Shown: piece after piece, positions 9,201-18,879 of the stretch
Position numbering within the stretch: position 1 is the first letter of the stretch
Layout of the letters: each line of letters begins with the position of its first letter
Source of the DNA: Candidatus Sumerlaeales bacterium
GTDB lineage: Bacteria; Sumerlaeota; Sumerlaeia; Sumerlaeales; Sumerlaeaceae
NCBI GenBank assembly: GCA_038243585.1
Contig: JBBSQY010000027.1
Span: 1-44,807 of the forward strand
Direction: 5' to 3'
DNA length: 44,807 nt
Notes under the pieces: model-generated
The model's database searches: none
Told to the model about the DNA's origin: nothing
The model's input: the letters and a program-made list of their open reading frames with translations, nothing else
Position numbers and translations under genes: made by a program

Positions 9201-9947
9201 ATGACCTATACCATTAAACTGCCGGTCTTTGAAGGCCCGTTTGATTTGCTTCTGCATCTGATTCGGGTTAATGAGATGGATATCCACGACATCCGCATCG
9301 CGGAAGTGACGCGGCAGTATCTGGATTATATCGAGATGATGCGTGAGTTGGATCTGGAACTGGCAGGGGAGTTCCTGGTGATGGCGGCGACGCTGATTCG
9401 GATCAAGGCGCGGATGCTGTTGCCGGCGAACGTGGAGACGGAAGAGAACGAAGAAGAGATTGACGAGATATTGAGCGCGCGAGAGCTGGTGCGCCAGCTT
9501 GTGGAATATCGCAAGTTCAAAGAGGCCGCGGGTGAGCTGCGCCACCGGGAAGAACACGCGGCGCGACTGGTGTTTCGACATAATCCAGAAGTGCGGATCG
9601 TGGCGGAGGAAAAAGAGGAGCTGTCGGTGGATATCGCGCTTCTGTACAAGGCTTTCAGTCGGGTGCTGCGGTTCGTAGACAATCCGGTTTACAGCCCGAA
9701 CATGAATGAGAAGTTTTCCGTCGAGGACAAGATCACTTACCTGCAGGATCTGATTGTGGGAAAAGCTTCGGTGGATCTGGAAGCGGTGTTCAGACGATGT
9801 TTTAATCGCGACGAGGTTATTGTAACTTTCCTGGCGCTGCTGGAGTTGTGTCGCATGAAGCGGCTGATCATCCAGCAGGAGGGATCCTTTGAAAAGATAA
9901 CGGTAACCGCTTCGGAAGGGCAGTTGGAGTATGACATTGAATCCTGA
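9201..9947 (+). CDS. scpA: Segregation and condensation protein A
   Basis: FEGPFDLLLHLI, EFLVMAATLIRIKARMLLP and IVTFLALLEL motifs. Confidence 0.96.
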   Translation: MTYTIKLPVFEGPFDLLLHLIRVNEMDIHDIRIAEVTRQYLDYIEMMRELDLELAGEFLVMAATLIRIKARMLLPANVETEENEEEIDEILSARELVRQLVEYRKFKEAAGELRHREEHAARLVFRHNPEVRIVAEEKEELSVDIALLYKAFSRVLRFVDNPVYSPNMNEKFSVEDKITYLQDLIVGKASVDLEAVFRRCFNRDEVIVTFLALLELCRMKRLIIQQEGSFEKITVTASEGQLEYDIES

Positions 9948-11142
9948 AGATGATATTGTGGAAAGTTCGGAGCAAGAAGAAGTCGAGGAGGTATCCGTCG
10001 ATGCCGACATGACGGATTCATCTGACTTGTCCGATATATCCGACACGCCCGACCTGGAAGATGTATCTGACTTATCGGAAGTGTCCGATACTCCTGACGA
10101 ACCGGCTTCTCTCGAGCCGGATGACCCGCCTGACGATGCTGAGGATGGAGACGATGATCTTGCTGACGCAGTAACTTTTGACGGGGATCGGCCGGTGGTT
10201 AGCGAACTGGAATACCAGGCGCCAAAGCTTACAAAAGCCGCTGATTATGACGAAGGTTCTGATACCAAATTTTCTTCGGTTGCGGAAGCGAAGGCCGTGG
10301 TGGAAGGGTTTTTGTTCAGCTGTAATGAGCCGCTCAGCGTGCAGAAGCTGAGCAAGCTGATGGGAAATCTCCATCCGAAATCCGTGCGCGGGCTGCTGTT
10401 GGAGCTTCAGTGGGATTATGAAAATCATCACGGCGCATTGCAGGTTATTGAAATCGCCGGTGGGTATCAGTTGTGTACGCGAGCTTTTGTGGCTCCGTGG
10501 ATGTTTCGTCTGCACAAGCACAAGCGCCGCAGCGCGCTGTCGCCCGCGACGCTGGAGACTCTGGCCATTATCGCCTATCGGCAACCAATCACCAAGGGAG
10601 AAATCGAGGGGATTCGCGGGGTTGAGAGCGGAGCGCCTGTGCGGACTTTGCAGGACCTAAGCCTGGTGGAAGCCAGCGGGCGGCGGGAAGTGGTGGGTCG
10701 TCCGCAGCTTTATGTGACGACGGAACAGTTTCTTAGAACCTTCGGTTTGAAATCTGTCGGGGACCTTCCATCGATTTCGGAGCTGAAGTCGAGGTTCGCG
10801 GAAGAGCAAAAGCTGAAGCCGGTAACGGCAGCGGCGACGCCACAAGTGACAGAAGAAGTGGCTGAAGATCCGGAAGCGGCTAAAAAGCTGGAAGAGATTG
10901 CGGAGACTGACGCGACTGAAAATCTGGAAGAGATTGAGGTAATTGAAGAGTCGGACCAGTTGGACTCTTCGGATCCGTCAGAGGAATTAGACCAGCAAAA
11001 TCAGTCGGACCTGTCCGACGAATCGGACTCGGAGGAGCTACCGGGTGATTCGGACATATTAGAAGAGGCTGAAGAACTGGAAACAACGGAACAGTCGGAA
11101 GTTTCTGCGCCTATTGAAGATGATCATCCATCCATTCAATAA
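9931..11142 (+). CDS. scpB: Segregation and condensation protein B with long acidic N- and C-terminal extensions
   Basis: LSPATLETLAIIAYRQPITKGEIEGIRGV and GRPQLYVTTEQFLRTFGLKS..DLP motifs. Confidence 0.95.
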   Translation: MTLNPEDDIVESSEQEEVEEVSVDADMTDSSDLSDISDTPDLEDVSDLSEVSDTPDEPASLEPDDPPDDAEDGDDDLADAVTFDGDRPVVSELEYQAPKLTKAADYDEGSDTKFSSVAEAKAVVEGFLFSCNEPLSVQKLSKLMGNLHPKSVRGLLLELQWDYENHHGALQVIEIAGGYQLCTRAFVAPWMFRLHKHKRRSALSPATLETLAIIAYRQPITKGEIEGIRGVESGAPVRTLQDLSLVEASGRREVVGRPQLYVTTEQFLRTFGLKSVGDLPSISELKSRFAEEQKLKPVTAAATPQVTEEVAEDPEAAKKLEEIAETDATENLEEIEVIEESDQLDSSDPSEELDQQNQSDLSDESDSEELPGDSDILEEAEELETTEQSEVSAPIEDDHPSIQ

Positions 11143-12055
11143 GCAGGATGTTGTCCTTGTCCTGGCCGATCCAGCCGTGACCTGCGCCCGGTTTTCTAAT
11201 GAGGCTTGCTTCGACGCCGGCTTCTGTTAATTTTGTAACCATAGTTTCCGACTGTTGAATCGGAACCAGTTTGTCGTTATCGCCGTGGATAATCAATATG
11301 GGCGCATCGTCGGGTGTGACATGGGTAATTGGAGAAACTTCTCCAAGTACTTTTTCAAAGGTCACTTGATCAGTTAGCGGTTTTATGGTTGTCCCAAGCT
11401 TGCCCAGGCTGCGCTGATCCAGAGTGCGATCCAGGAAATTGAAGGACGCGGAAAATCTCTCTCCCACGGTGGATTGCTTAATTTTGGCGCCCTCGCTACC
11501 ATAGTTCAGGAAATCGGTGGGAGGGTAAAAACACGCGGCTGCCTGCACGCGGCTGGATGTCTGTTCGACAGGATCCTTTGATTTTGGATTTCCGTCGTCT
11601 CCGGTGGTGGCGGCTATCAGGGCGAGATGCCCGCCTGCGGATCCGCCCATTATTCCGATAGGGCTGGATGTGTTTCCGTCCTGATGGCGGATGAAGCGGA
11701 TGGATCGGGTGACGTCTTCAATGGCGTGTTCGATATTAAAGTAAGGGCTGCTCCGGTGGACCACCGCGCATACTTCATATCCGCGATCAATCAGGCCGCG
11801 TATGGGCACGATAGGGTTGTCTGGCCTGATGGAATCGTGAGACGAAAACCAGCCGCCGCTGATGACCCACACTACAGTTGCACCGTTGGCCCCTTGTTTC
11901 GGTTTAAAAACATCCATGGTCAGCGCGGTGCCGTAGGCTCGACCATAGACTACGTCCTGAGTCCGGGTGAAATCGGCGTGAACGACGGGCGCTTGTTTAT
12001 TATCGTTAGCACCGGAAAGCGCTAGCAAAACGGCTGTGGTAACTAGAGTAAACAT
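11111..12055 (-). CDS. Secreted alpha/beta hydrolase (BD-FAE-like esterase)
   Basis: SGGW, GGSAGGH (GxSxG), IIHGDNDKLVP and GAGHG. Overlaps the 3' end of scpB by 32 bp, convergently. Confidence 0.9.
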   Translation of the reverse strand: MFTLVTTAVLLALSGANDNKQAPVVHADFTRTQDVVYGRAYGTALTMDVFKPKQGANGATVVWVISGGWFSSHDSIRPDNPIVPIRGLIDRGYEVCAVVHRSSPYFNIEHAIEDVTRSIRFIRHQDGNTSSPIGIMGGSAGGHLALIAATTGDDGNPKSKDPVEQTSSRVQAAACFYPPTDFLNYGSEGAKIKQSTVGERFSASFNFLDRTLDQRSLGKLGTTIKPLTDQVTFEKVLGEVSPITHVTPDDAPILIIHGDNDKLVPIQQSETMVTKLTEAGVEASLIRKPGAGHGWIGQDKDNILLIEWMDDHLQ

Positions 12056-12112
12056 AGGCGCTTTCTATGTAATATGGAGTTAGTACTCGCCTGACTAATC
12101 ACCGAATCAGAG

Positions 12113-13501
12113 TTATTTTGTGCCGCGCGGTTTTTTTGCCGGCGGTTTGGCGGTTGCTTTTTTTGGCTTTGTCTTTTGCAGGTCCGGCGTCTCTTCGTTG
12201 CTTCCGCTTATGCGGCCGGTCAGGGTTTCGTTGGCGCCAAATTTTTGGCCGTCGGAGATATCCAGAGGGGCCACGAAGGTGCTTCTGCTTCCGAGGAAAA
12301 CGTCGTCTCCGATCACCGTTTTGCGGCGCTTGTTTCCGTCGAAATTGACAGTGAGGCTGCCGGCGCCGACGCTTGACCGGTCGCCTATCTGGGCGTCGCC
12401 GATGTAGCACAGGTGGAGGATATCGCTGTCGGCGCCTATGTCGCTTCGGGTTACTTCCACGAAGGTGCCTATGCGGGTGCCGCTGGCAATGGTTGTTTGC
12501 GGGCGAACGCTTGAGTATGGCCCGACGGTGACTTTGTCTCCGATAACCGCTTTTTCGATCGACGCAAATTTCAGGGAGCAGTCGCTGCCGATGGTGCTGT
12601 CGGTGATATGGGCGTTTGGTCCGATATCGCACCGCTCGCCGATGTCACATTTGCCCTGGATGATCGTGAAGGGGCGAATTACGGTGTCGCGGCCAAGGCG
12701 GACTTGCTTATCAATGTAGGTGGTTGACGGATCAATGACGGTGACGCCCTGCTCCATCACCTGTTGTGCGATGCGGTTCCGCAGGTAGCCTTCAGCACGG
12801 GCCAGTTCCGACCGGCTGTTGATTCCCATGGTTTCCGATGAATCCTCCGCGACGACAGGCTCCACTTCGTCGCCCAGCTGGCCGAGAATCTCGATGGTGT
12901 CGGTGAGGTAATATTCCTTCTGGACGTTCTTGTTACCGACCTTTTTCAGGGCTGAGATCATCTTCTGGCAGTCGAACACGTAGATACCGGTATTGACCTC
13001 CTGAATGGCGACCTCGTAGGTGTTTGTGTCTTTTTCTTCTACGATCTTGTGTACGGTGCCGTCGCGGCTTCTGACGATGCGGCCGTAACCGGTGGGGGGG
13101 TCGAGTTCCGTCGTCAATACAGTGGCGGAAACCTGGTGGGCGCGGCGGCGCTTTACCAGTTCGCGCAATGTCTCGGTTTTAATGAGAGGCGCGTCGCCAA
13201 CGGTGACCAGCACATCACCCTTAAAGTCCTTAATGTAAGGCAATACCTGCTTAACGGCATGGGCGGTGCCGAGGCGCTTTTCCTGCTTTACACAGACGGC
13301 ACGTTTGCCGACGTGGTCCTCAACTGCGTCGGCCATAAAGCCGGTTACGACATAGATTTTTTTCGGTCCGAGGGCCTGAATAGCCTCGAGGACGTGATCG
13401 ATCATGGGCTGCCCGGCTACGCTATGGAGCACCTTGGGCAGGCCGCTGTACATGCGCGTGCCTTGTCCCGCCGCTAAAATTATTGCCACCAGTTCAGTCA
13501 T
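12113..13501 (-). CDS. glmU: GlmU (UDP-GlcNAc pyrophosphorylase / GlcN-1-P acetyltransferase)
   Basis: ILAAGQGTRMYSGLPKVLH, EVNTGIY and EYYLTD, followed by a hexapeptide-repeat domain. Confidence 0.93.
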   Translation of the reverse strand: MTELVAIILAAGQGTRMYSGLPKVLHSVAGQPMIDHVLEAIQALGPKKIYVVTGFMADAVEDHVGKRAVCVKQEKRLGTAHAVKQVLPYIKDFKGDVLVTVGDAPLIKTETLRELVKRRRAHQVSATVLTTELDPPTGYGRIVRSRDGTVHKIVEEKDTNTYEVAIQEVNTGIYVFDCQKMISALKKVGNKNVQKEYYLTDTIEILGQLGDEVEPVVAEDSSETMGINSRSELARAEGYLRNRIAQQVMEQGVTVIDPSTTYIDKQVRLGRDTVIRPFTIIQGKCDIGERCDIGPNAHITDSTIGSDCSLKFASIEKAVIGDKVTVGPYSSVRPQTTIASGTRIGTFVEVTRSDIGADSDILHLCYIGDAQIGDRSSVGAGSLTVNFDGNKRRKTVIGDDVFLGSRSTFVAPLDISDGQKFGANETLTGRISGSNEETPDLQKTKPKKATAKPPAKKPRGTK

Positions 13502-13564
13502 TCAGGTGCTACCTTTCAAAGCTGCGGTTGAGGTTGCGGCACGCAAAAATCGTATGAGTATTCG

Positions 13565-13843
13565 TCAGGTTTCTGTGCCAAATTTATTAGTTATAAGATC
13601 AACCAGTTCCTCAAGGGCGGGTTCTGACCCTTCGCCGGCACACTCTATGGTCAGACAAGTCCCTTTTGAGGCTGCCAACATTACCAGCCCCATGATACTT
13701 TTTCCGTTAACACGCTGGCCGTTTGATATGACGTGAATGTCGCACCCTTTGTGTTTATTAGCGGTGTGTACGAAAGCCGCAGCCGGGCGCAAATGCATTC
13801 CCGCCTCATTAGAAACCACCACGTCGCCCTTTGCTATACTCAT
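13565..13843 (-). CDS. ptsH: HPr/NPr phosphocarrier protein
   Basis: GMHLRPAA (His15) and NGKSIMGL (Ser46) motifs. Confidence 0.95.
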   Translation of the reverse strand: MSIAKGDVVVSNEAGMHLRPAAAFVHTANKHKGCDIHVISNGQRVNGKSIMGLVMLAASKGTCLTIECAGEGSEPALEELVDLITNKFGTET

Positions 13844-13955
13844 TGAGTCCTATCGCATCCAGTTTACTCAGCAAAATAGTTTGCCCGTTTCCGACATGGC
13901 ATTTACCAGAGAATGGGCGTGGCATTGCTGCAACGGTTAAATTATTTCAGTGAGT

Positions 13956-13971
13956 TGCAATATGAATGCCA
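13956..13971 (-). promoter_or_regulatory. Putative sigma-54 promoter for ptsH-glmU
   Basis: Minus strand TGGCATTCATATTGCA = TGGCA-N6-TTGCA with exact GG-N10-GC spacing. Confidence 0.6.
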
Positions 13972-14025
13972 TCTCAATTGCTTTTAACTGGATTTTGCCA
14001 GTAAGGAACCTGTAGGTTCTTACCT

Positions 14026-14388
14026 ATGAAAACTAATATTTTAAAAAGCCTTGTTTTTGCTGCCGGTCTTTTATCCCTGTGCGCCTGCCGGGTGGAAACC
14101 AACACGGAGTCTGTTCCTGAAGCGGAAGGGTCTGGGAAAAAAGCGATAAACATTCGTGTGGAACCGCTTTCGAGGCAGGAAATTAAAGATGTCACAAATA
14201 CGACCATAGACCGGGCATCGGACGCGGCCTCTGTCGTTCGTGAAGCCGCGTCGTCGGCGGTCGACAACGCGCAGCGCGTGGGTAAGAGCGTAACGACGCT
14301 GACGGAGGGCATGGTTGACATTAACTTCCCTGGGAAGAACGATGCGACGGTGACGACAGTGACCCAGGTGACGACCGAAACAGAGTAG
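14026..14388 (+). CDS. Hypothetical lipoprotein
   Basis: MKTNILK + hydrophobic stretch + LCAC lipobox-like sequence. Confidence 0.7.
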   Translation: MKTNILKSLVFAAGLLSLCACRVETNTESVPEAEGSGKKAINIRVEPLSRQEIKDVTNTTIDRASDAASVVREAASSAVDNAQRVGKSVTTLTEGMVDINFPGKNDATVTTVTQVTTETE

Positions 14389-14414
14389 GCTTCATCGCGC
14401 GAGGCGTTGGTTTG

Positions 14415-15419
14415 CTAGCGCACCGCCGACTCTTCTATTATCAGGTCGCCGGTTCGACTGTTCATGGTGGCCATTATCCCGAGGGGCAATGTCGCGTAAT
14501 CCTGAATGTGGCCGAAGGGCAAACCGGAGATGACCGGGATGCCCAGCGGGCGCAGACGGTCGTAAAGTACATCATCCATCAGAGGCTCCAGGGCGCGGGG
14601 CAGCTGAGACGGCAGCGGTTTTACGGTGCGGCCGGCGGTTTGCGCAGCTTTTTGTTCCAGGGCCGCGAAATCTGAATCAGGCACGTTGCGGCCAATGACG
14701 ATACCTGCTGCGTCTTTTAGCTTTCCGGCGGACAACAGCTGCGTCAACATTCGATCAACGCGGTAGGGTTTCTCGTCGACCTCTTCGATGAACACGATGG
14801 CGTTGCGGGTCTGGACGGCGAAGGGGGTTCCGACGCTTGCGGCGAGGAGGCTCAGATTACCGCCGACAAGGCGACCAGTGGCGGTGCCGGGACGGATGAT
14901 TCTGTAGTCGCGGTCGTTATGGTCTGTCCAAATTGATCCGGCCGGTTCCGCGCGACCAACGGTCCGAAGGAAGCTGAAAATCGAAAAGCGACTTGGGGCG
15001 CTGTCCGCGAACGTCGAAGCCGCCATGGGCCCATTAAAGCTGACTAGTCCGCATTTTTTCAGGAATGCCAGATTCAGCATGGTTATGTCGCTGAACCCAA
15101 TGAACACTTTTGGGTTAGCTTTTATCAGGTCGTAATCGATGGCGTCGACCAGTCGGCCGGTGCCATAACCGCCGCGAAGGCACATTATGGCGTCGACCTT
15201 TTTATCGGCAAACATGCTGTGGAGGTCGGCCAGCCGGTTTTTATCGGAGGAGGCCAAAAAGCCGTGACGGTCGCGCACATGGCGACCGGCCTTTATCTGG
15301 AAACCCATAACTTCCAAGCCATGAATCGCCTGGTCTACGTGGATTTCTTCTTTGGCCGCGCTGGCAGGGGCCACTATTCCGATTGTCATTCCAAGCTGAA
15401 GGCGCGCAGGTTTTATCAT
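14415..15419 (-). CDS. ldcA: LD-carboxypeptidase (peptidase S66)
   Basis: LRGGYG, FIGFSDIT, GGNLSL, FIEEVDE and PFGH (Ser-Glu-His triad). Confidence 0.92.
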   Translation of the reverse strand: MIKPARLQLGMTIGIVAPASAAKEEIHVDQAIHGLEVMGFQIKAGRHVRDRHGFLASSDKNRLADLHSMFADKKVDAIMCLRGGYGTGRLVDAIDYDLIKANPKVFIGFSDITMLNLAFLKKCGLVSFNGPMAASTFADSAPSRFSIFSFLRTVGRAEPAGSIWTDHNDRDYRIIRPGTATGRLVGGNLSLLAASVGTPFAVQTRNAIVFIEEVDEKPYRVDRMLTQLLSAGKLKDAAGIVIGRNVPDSDFAALEQKAAQTAGRTVKPLPSQLPRALEPLMDDVLYDRLRPLGIPVISGLPFGHIQDYATLPLGIMATMNSRTGDLIIEESAVR

Positions 15420-15484
15420 AGTCGCAGTGGGTGGTTATCGGGTGGCGTATTCAACACTTTTTATGGGCTGAGGACGGCCGTTGC

Positions 15485-16249
15485 TTAGTCTTTTTTGCGG
15501 TCCTGCAAATTAATGCCGCAGTAGATCGGTTCAGCCTGTGTGTCGGGGGCTTTTTCACGGATATGCCGCCAGCGCCCGGCCCGTTTGTCTTCGCCGGGTA
15601 ATACGGGGGTTGTGCAGGTAAAGCAGCCTATGCTGGTATAGCCACGGGCATACAGCGGGTGCACAGGGAGATCATGTTCTTCCGTATAGCGATCCACATC
15701 GGCGTCGATCCAGGTGGCCAGCGGGTAGATTTTATAAGCATCAAAACGGTCGTCCCAGCTGATAAGGGGGGTGTCGCCCCGATTTCCGCCCTCGCTGCGC
15801 ATGAGGCCGCCTGCCACCGCATCGAAGCGGCCTTTTACAGCGGCGATAAATGGAACTTCTTTGCGAAGAAAACAGCAATGGCGGTAGCCGGGTTCAGAAT
15901 CGGGCAATGAGTCGTCGCTTTCGTGCAGGTAGCGCCCGAAATCCGCGTATTGTTGTTCAAATGTACGTTTGGCGCTATAGGTCTGGATGTTCAGATTATA
16001 ACGTTTTATGAATTCGTCTCGCACGTCCAGAGTTTCTCGAAAATGAACGTCGGTGTCAACGAATACGATCTCTGTCTGGGGGGCGATCCGTCCGATCATG
16101 TGCATGAGTACGCCGCCGGTTTTCTGCATGCTGGATTGTACGGCGAAGCGGTCGCCAAAGGTGCTCACCGCCCAGCGTAGTACCTCGTCGGCCGGCAGTT
16201 GCTCCAGCTCCTCATTTAACTTATTTAACTCTAGTTGTCTTGTAGACAT
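15485..16249 (-). CDS. cysH: APS/PAPS reductase (CC...CxxC Fe-S type, likely APS-preferring)
   Basis: FVDTDVHFRET, CCFLRK, GYTSIGCFTCT, RAGRW and CGIN motifs. Confidence 0.9.
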   Translation of the reverse strand: MSTRQLELNKLNEELEQLPADEVLRWAVSTFGDRFAVQSSMQKTGGVLMHMIGRIAPQTEIVFVDTDVHFRETLDVRDEFIKRYNLNIQTYSAKRTFEQQYADFGRYLHESDDSLPDSEPGYRHCCFLRKEVPFIAAVKGRFDAVAGGLMRSEGGNRGDTPLISWDDRFDAYKIYPLATWIDADVDRYTEEHDLPVHPLYARGYTSIGCFTCTTPVLPGEDKRAGRWRHIREKAPDTQAEPIYCGINLQDRKKD

Positions 16250-16379
16250 TGCCGTGAGTGGTACCAGCGCCTGATGATTTTTGTTTTAGAAAACTTGATA
16301 TGATGAGGTCGGACGGACAGGGTAGTTCTGGTGTCTCATGGGGGGATTCGCCATGATAATTGTGAACAACTGATGTTTA

Positions 16380-16405
16380 CACAGGCGGGACGCCTATGCT
16401 ACTTC
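16380..16405 (-). repeat. REP-like palindrome, family A (GTAG foot)
   Basis: Minus strand GAA-GTAG-CATAGGCG-TCC-CGCCTGTG. Seven copies in the window. Confidence 0.9.
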
Positions 16406-16428
16406 AGGGGCGGATACTTCATGATGCG

Positions 16429-17016
16429 TTAGACTTCTTCGATTCCCTCGGGCAGTTGTGCTGTTATGCGGCCTTGGTTTAGATCAACGCCGGTCACGAT
16501 TTCCGGTACGTAGGGGATCAGGAATTCCCGCTCCAGTCCGGTGATAATCAGGTAGTCCTGCACGCCGGCACGCATGGCTTTGACTTTCCCGACGACGGCG
16601 TTTTTGTTTGTGTCGAAAAGTTCGAGGCCTTCGAGCTGGAAGCCGTAATAGCGTCCTTCGGGTAGATCCCAAAGTTCTTCTTCGTAGACGTATGCTTGGA
16701 GGTTGCGGAAGGCTTCTGCCCTGTTGATGTCCGGGGCTTCTTCAAAGTACACGACCAGGAACCGGTGATGTATGTCGAATTCTGTAAGGGTAACCTGGCT
16801 GTAGGCGGAGGGTCGCGGACGCAGTCCGGCGGTGGATGGATCGGGCTTGAGGAAGATGCGATCGGTTTTCAGGTTTTCGAAGTCATCGGGATTATCGAAC
16901 TGCGCCATAAGACGCAGGCCGCCTTTGATTCCCTGGGGCTTGGTGATGATTCCAAGCAGGACCAGCCGAGCTTCGTCCGGCTTTGCGGGGGTGCCGGGGA
17001 GCGGGTGCTTTTCCAA
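16429..17016 (-). CDS. rimM: Ribosome maturation factor RimM
   Basis: GIITKPQGIKG, LPEGRYYGFQLEGL and FLIPYVPEIV; downstream of rpsP-khpA. Confidence 0.93.
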   Translation of the reverse strand: MEKHPLPGTPAKPDEARLVLLGIITKPQGIKGGLRLMAQFDNPDDFENLKTDRIFLKPDPSTAGLRPRPSAYSQVTLTEFDIHHRFLVVYFEEAPDINRAEAFRNLQAYVYEEELWDLPEGRYYGFQLEGLELFDTNKNAVVGKVKAMRAGVQDYLIITGLEREFLIPYVPEIVTGVDLNQGRITAQLPEGIEEV

Positions 17017-17019
17017 AAT

Positions 17020-17277
17020 TTACTCGACTATCTGGAGGAGGGATTTCTTTTTGAGCTTGGTTGCGGCTGCGCTGAGTATTTTGCGAAGAGCCTTGGCGGT
17101 CTGACCGCCTTTGCCAATCACTTTGCCGACATCGTCCGGAGCCACTTTAAGTTCCAATATAATGGAGTTCTCGCCTTCGATGACGGTAACTCTTACATCA
17201 TCAGGCTTGTCTACGAGGGCTTCGGAGATGTATTGTACCAGGTCACGCATGACCTGGCCTTCGGTTGGATTGCTCAT
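17020..17277 (-). CDS. khpA: KH-domain RNA-binding protein KhpA
   Basis: DVGKVIGKGGQTAKALR motif; lies between rpsP and rimM. Confidence 0.93.
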   Translation of the reverse strand: MSNPTEGQVMRDLVQYISEALVDKPDDVRVTVIEGENSIILELKVAPDDVGKVIGKGGQTAKALRKILSAAATKLKKKSLLQIVE

Positions 17278-17395
17278 GTAGGGGCTGTCTCCGAGTCAAC
17301 GTTGTTTCGAACAGGAATGGAACCGCTGCCTTATCTGAACAGAAGTTAGGACAAGCTCATAAAATTCCACAACAAAAATATTGCGGAGATACGAT

Positions 17396-17680
17396 TTAAG
17401 CTGTTTTTGGAGCCGGTTTGCGGGCTTCGTGGAACTGCTTTAGAATGCCTGATTTACGCATGAGCGACTTTACGGTATCGGAAGGCTGTGCGCCGACCTT
17501 CAACCAGTACAGGGCGCGTTCACTGTCGATCTGCACTTTGGTCTCAGCCGAAAGGGGCTGGTAGTGACCAAGAATTTCAATAAAGCGGCCATCACGTTTC
17601 ATGTGGCTGTCTGCCACTACAACGCGATACGCTGGACTTTTGCTGCGACCCATGCGGGTCAAACGAATTTTAACTGACAT
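17396..17680 (-). CDS. rpsP: 30S ribosomal protein S16
   Basis: VKIRLTRMG, RDGRFIEILGHY and WLKVGAQPSDTV motifs. Confidence 0.98.
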   Translation of the reverse strand: MSVKIRLTRMGRSKSPAYRVVVADSHMKRDGRFIEILGHYQPLSAETKVQIDSERALYWLKVGAQPSDTVKSLMRKSGILKQFHEARKPAPKTA

Positions 17681-17775
17681 TCAACTCATCCTCATTTAAC
17701 TTAAGCGGCTTGTATTATTATGTCTGTTGAAGTTTGTTCAGGGGTTTCTGATTTCGGCCACTGAGAAAATGCGGG

Positions 17776-17865
17776 CGGACGGCTCGGCGAACCATCCCTG
17801 CCAAATGCGCGAATTGATGACGGACGGCTCGGCGAGCCATCCCTACCTAATGCGCTGATTGCTGG
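17776..17865 (-). repeat. Two tandem REP family B copies (45-bp period)
   Basis: GGACGGCTCGGCGA(A/G)CCATCCCT(G/A)C at 17777 and 17822, with similar flanks. Confidence 0.88.
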
Positions 17866-17973
17866 CGCTGCTACCGAATAGCGCCCCCCTTTTACTGATA
17901 ACAGTTGCAGGGCAGTTTGTATTACCCGCTGTGGGTGCCTCTATCTTTACGGAATCGGTGGGCTGCGGAAACA

Positions 17974-18597
17974 ATGAGCTTTATACCTTATGTAATCGAA
18001 CAGAACGAACGTGGCGAACGCGCTTATGATATCTATTCGCGCCTGTTGAAAGACCGAATTATCTTCCTGGGGACGCCCATTGACGACAATGTGGCCAATG
18101 CCATTATTGCTCAGCTTCTTTTTCTGGAAAGCGAAGATCCAGACAAAGACATCAATATCTATGTTAACAGCCCGGGTGGCTCTGTTACGGCGGGTCTGGC
18201 CATTTATGACACCATGCAATTGGTTAAGCCGGATGTCGCTACGATCTGCGTAGGGCAGGCTGCCAGCATGGGCGCGATTTTGTTGACCGCAGGTGCTAAA
18301 GAAAAGCGTTATTGTTTGCCTCATTCGCGTATCATGATCCATCAGCCACTGGGCGGAGTGCAAGGCCAGGCGGCGGATATCGACATTCAGGCGAAGGAGA
18401 TTTTGCGTATGAAGGCGCGCCTGAACGAGATTTTACAGCGGCATACAGGACAGACCCTGGAGAAGATCGAGAAGGATACGGACCGCGATTATTTCCTTTC
18501 AGGGGAGCAGGCCGTGGAGTATGGTATTATTGATAAGGTTGTGTTCGATAAGCACGCATTTGCCAAGGGCAATAGCAAGGACGGCGATAAGAAGTAG
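17974..18597 (+). CDS. clpP: ATP-dependent Clp protease proteolytic subunit
   Basis: [36 protein letters not shown] and DTDRD motifs. Confidence 0.98.
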   Translation: MSFIPYVIEQNERGERAYDIYSRLLKDRIIFLGTPIDDNVANAIIAQLLFLESEDPDKDINIYVNSPGGSVTAGLAIYDTMQLVKPDVATICVGQAASMGAILLTAGAKEKRYCLPHSRIMIHQPLGGVQGQAADIDIQAKEILRMKARLNEILQRHTGQTLEKIEKDTDRDYFLSGEQAVEYGIIDKVVFDKHAFAKGNSKDGDKK

Positions 18598-18649
18598 GGT
18601 GCGTATAAAAATTCGTAGAAGGCGGGGCGAGGGCGCGTGATCATTGCGT

Positions 18650-18848
18650 GAAGCCGCATAGGCGTCCCGCCTGTGTTGCCCGGGATTTCAGTTAAATCCC
18701 GGGCAGCTGCATTTAAGGCCTGAGTTGAAGGTTGGTGGTGTTTGCTGGCGCCATTGAGAATGTGCGAATGGGTGTCGGTCGTAATAAGGTTTTTTTAGGG
18801 TTATTTGTTCCGTCTGCGGTTTCACAGGCGAGACGCCTATGCTACTTC
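18650..18848. repeat. Inverted pair of REP family A copies (REPIN-like) with an internal 12-bp perfect hairpin
   Basis: 18650-18675 is the reverse complement of 18823-18848 (few mismatches). TGCCCGGGATTT-cagtt-AAATCCCGGGCA at 18677-18705. Confidence 0.82.
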
Positions 18849-18879
18849 AGGATAGAGAGAAGCGTAACAGAAGCAATTG

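Noticed and set aside
16250..16380. SAM riboswitch upstream of cysH
   Set aside because: No SAM-I core motifs on the minus strand.
17776..17865. 45-bp tandem as a mini-CRISPR
   Set aside because: Only two units, and the spacers resemble each other, so this is a REP duplication.
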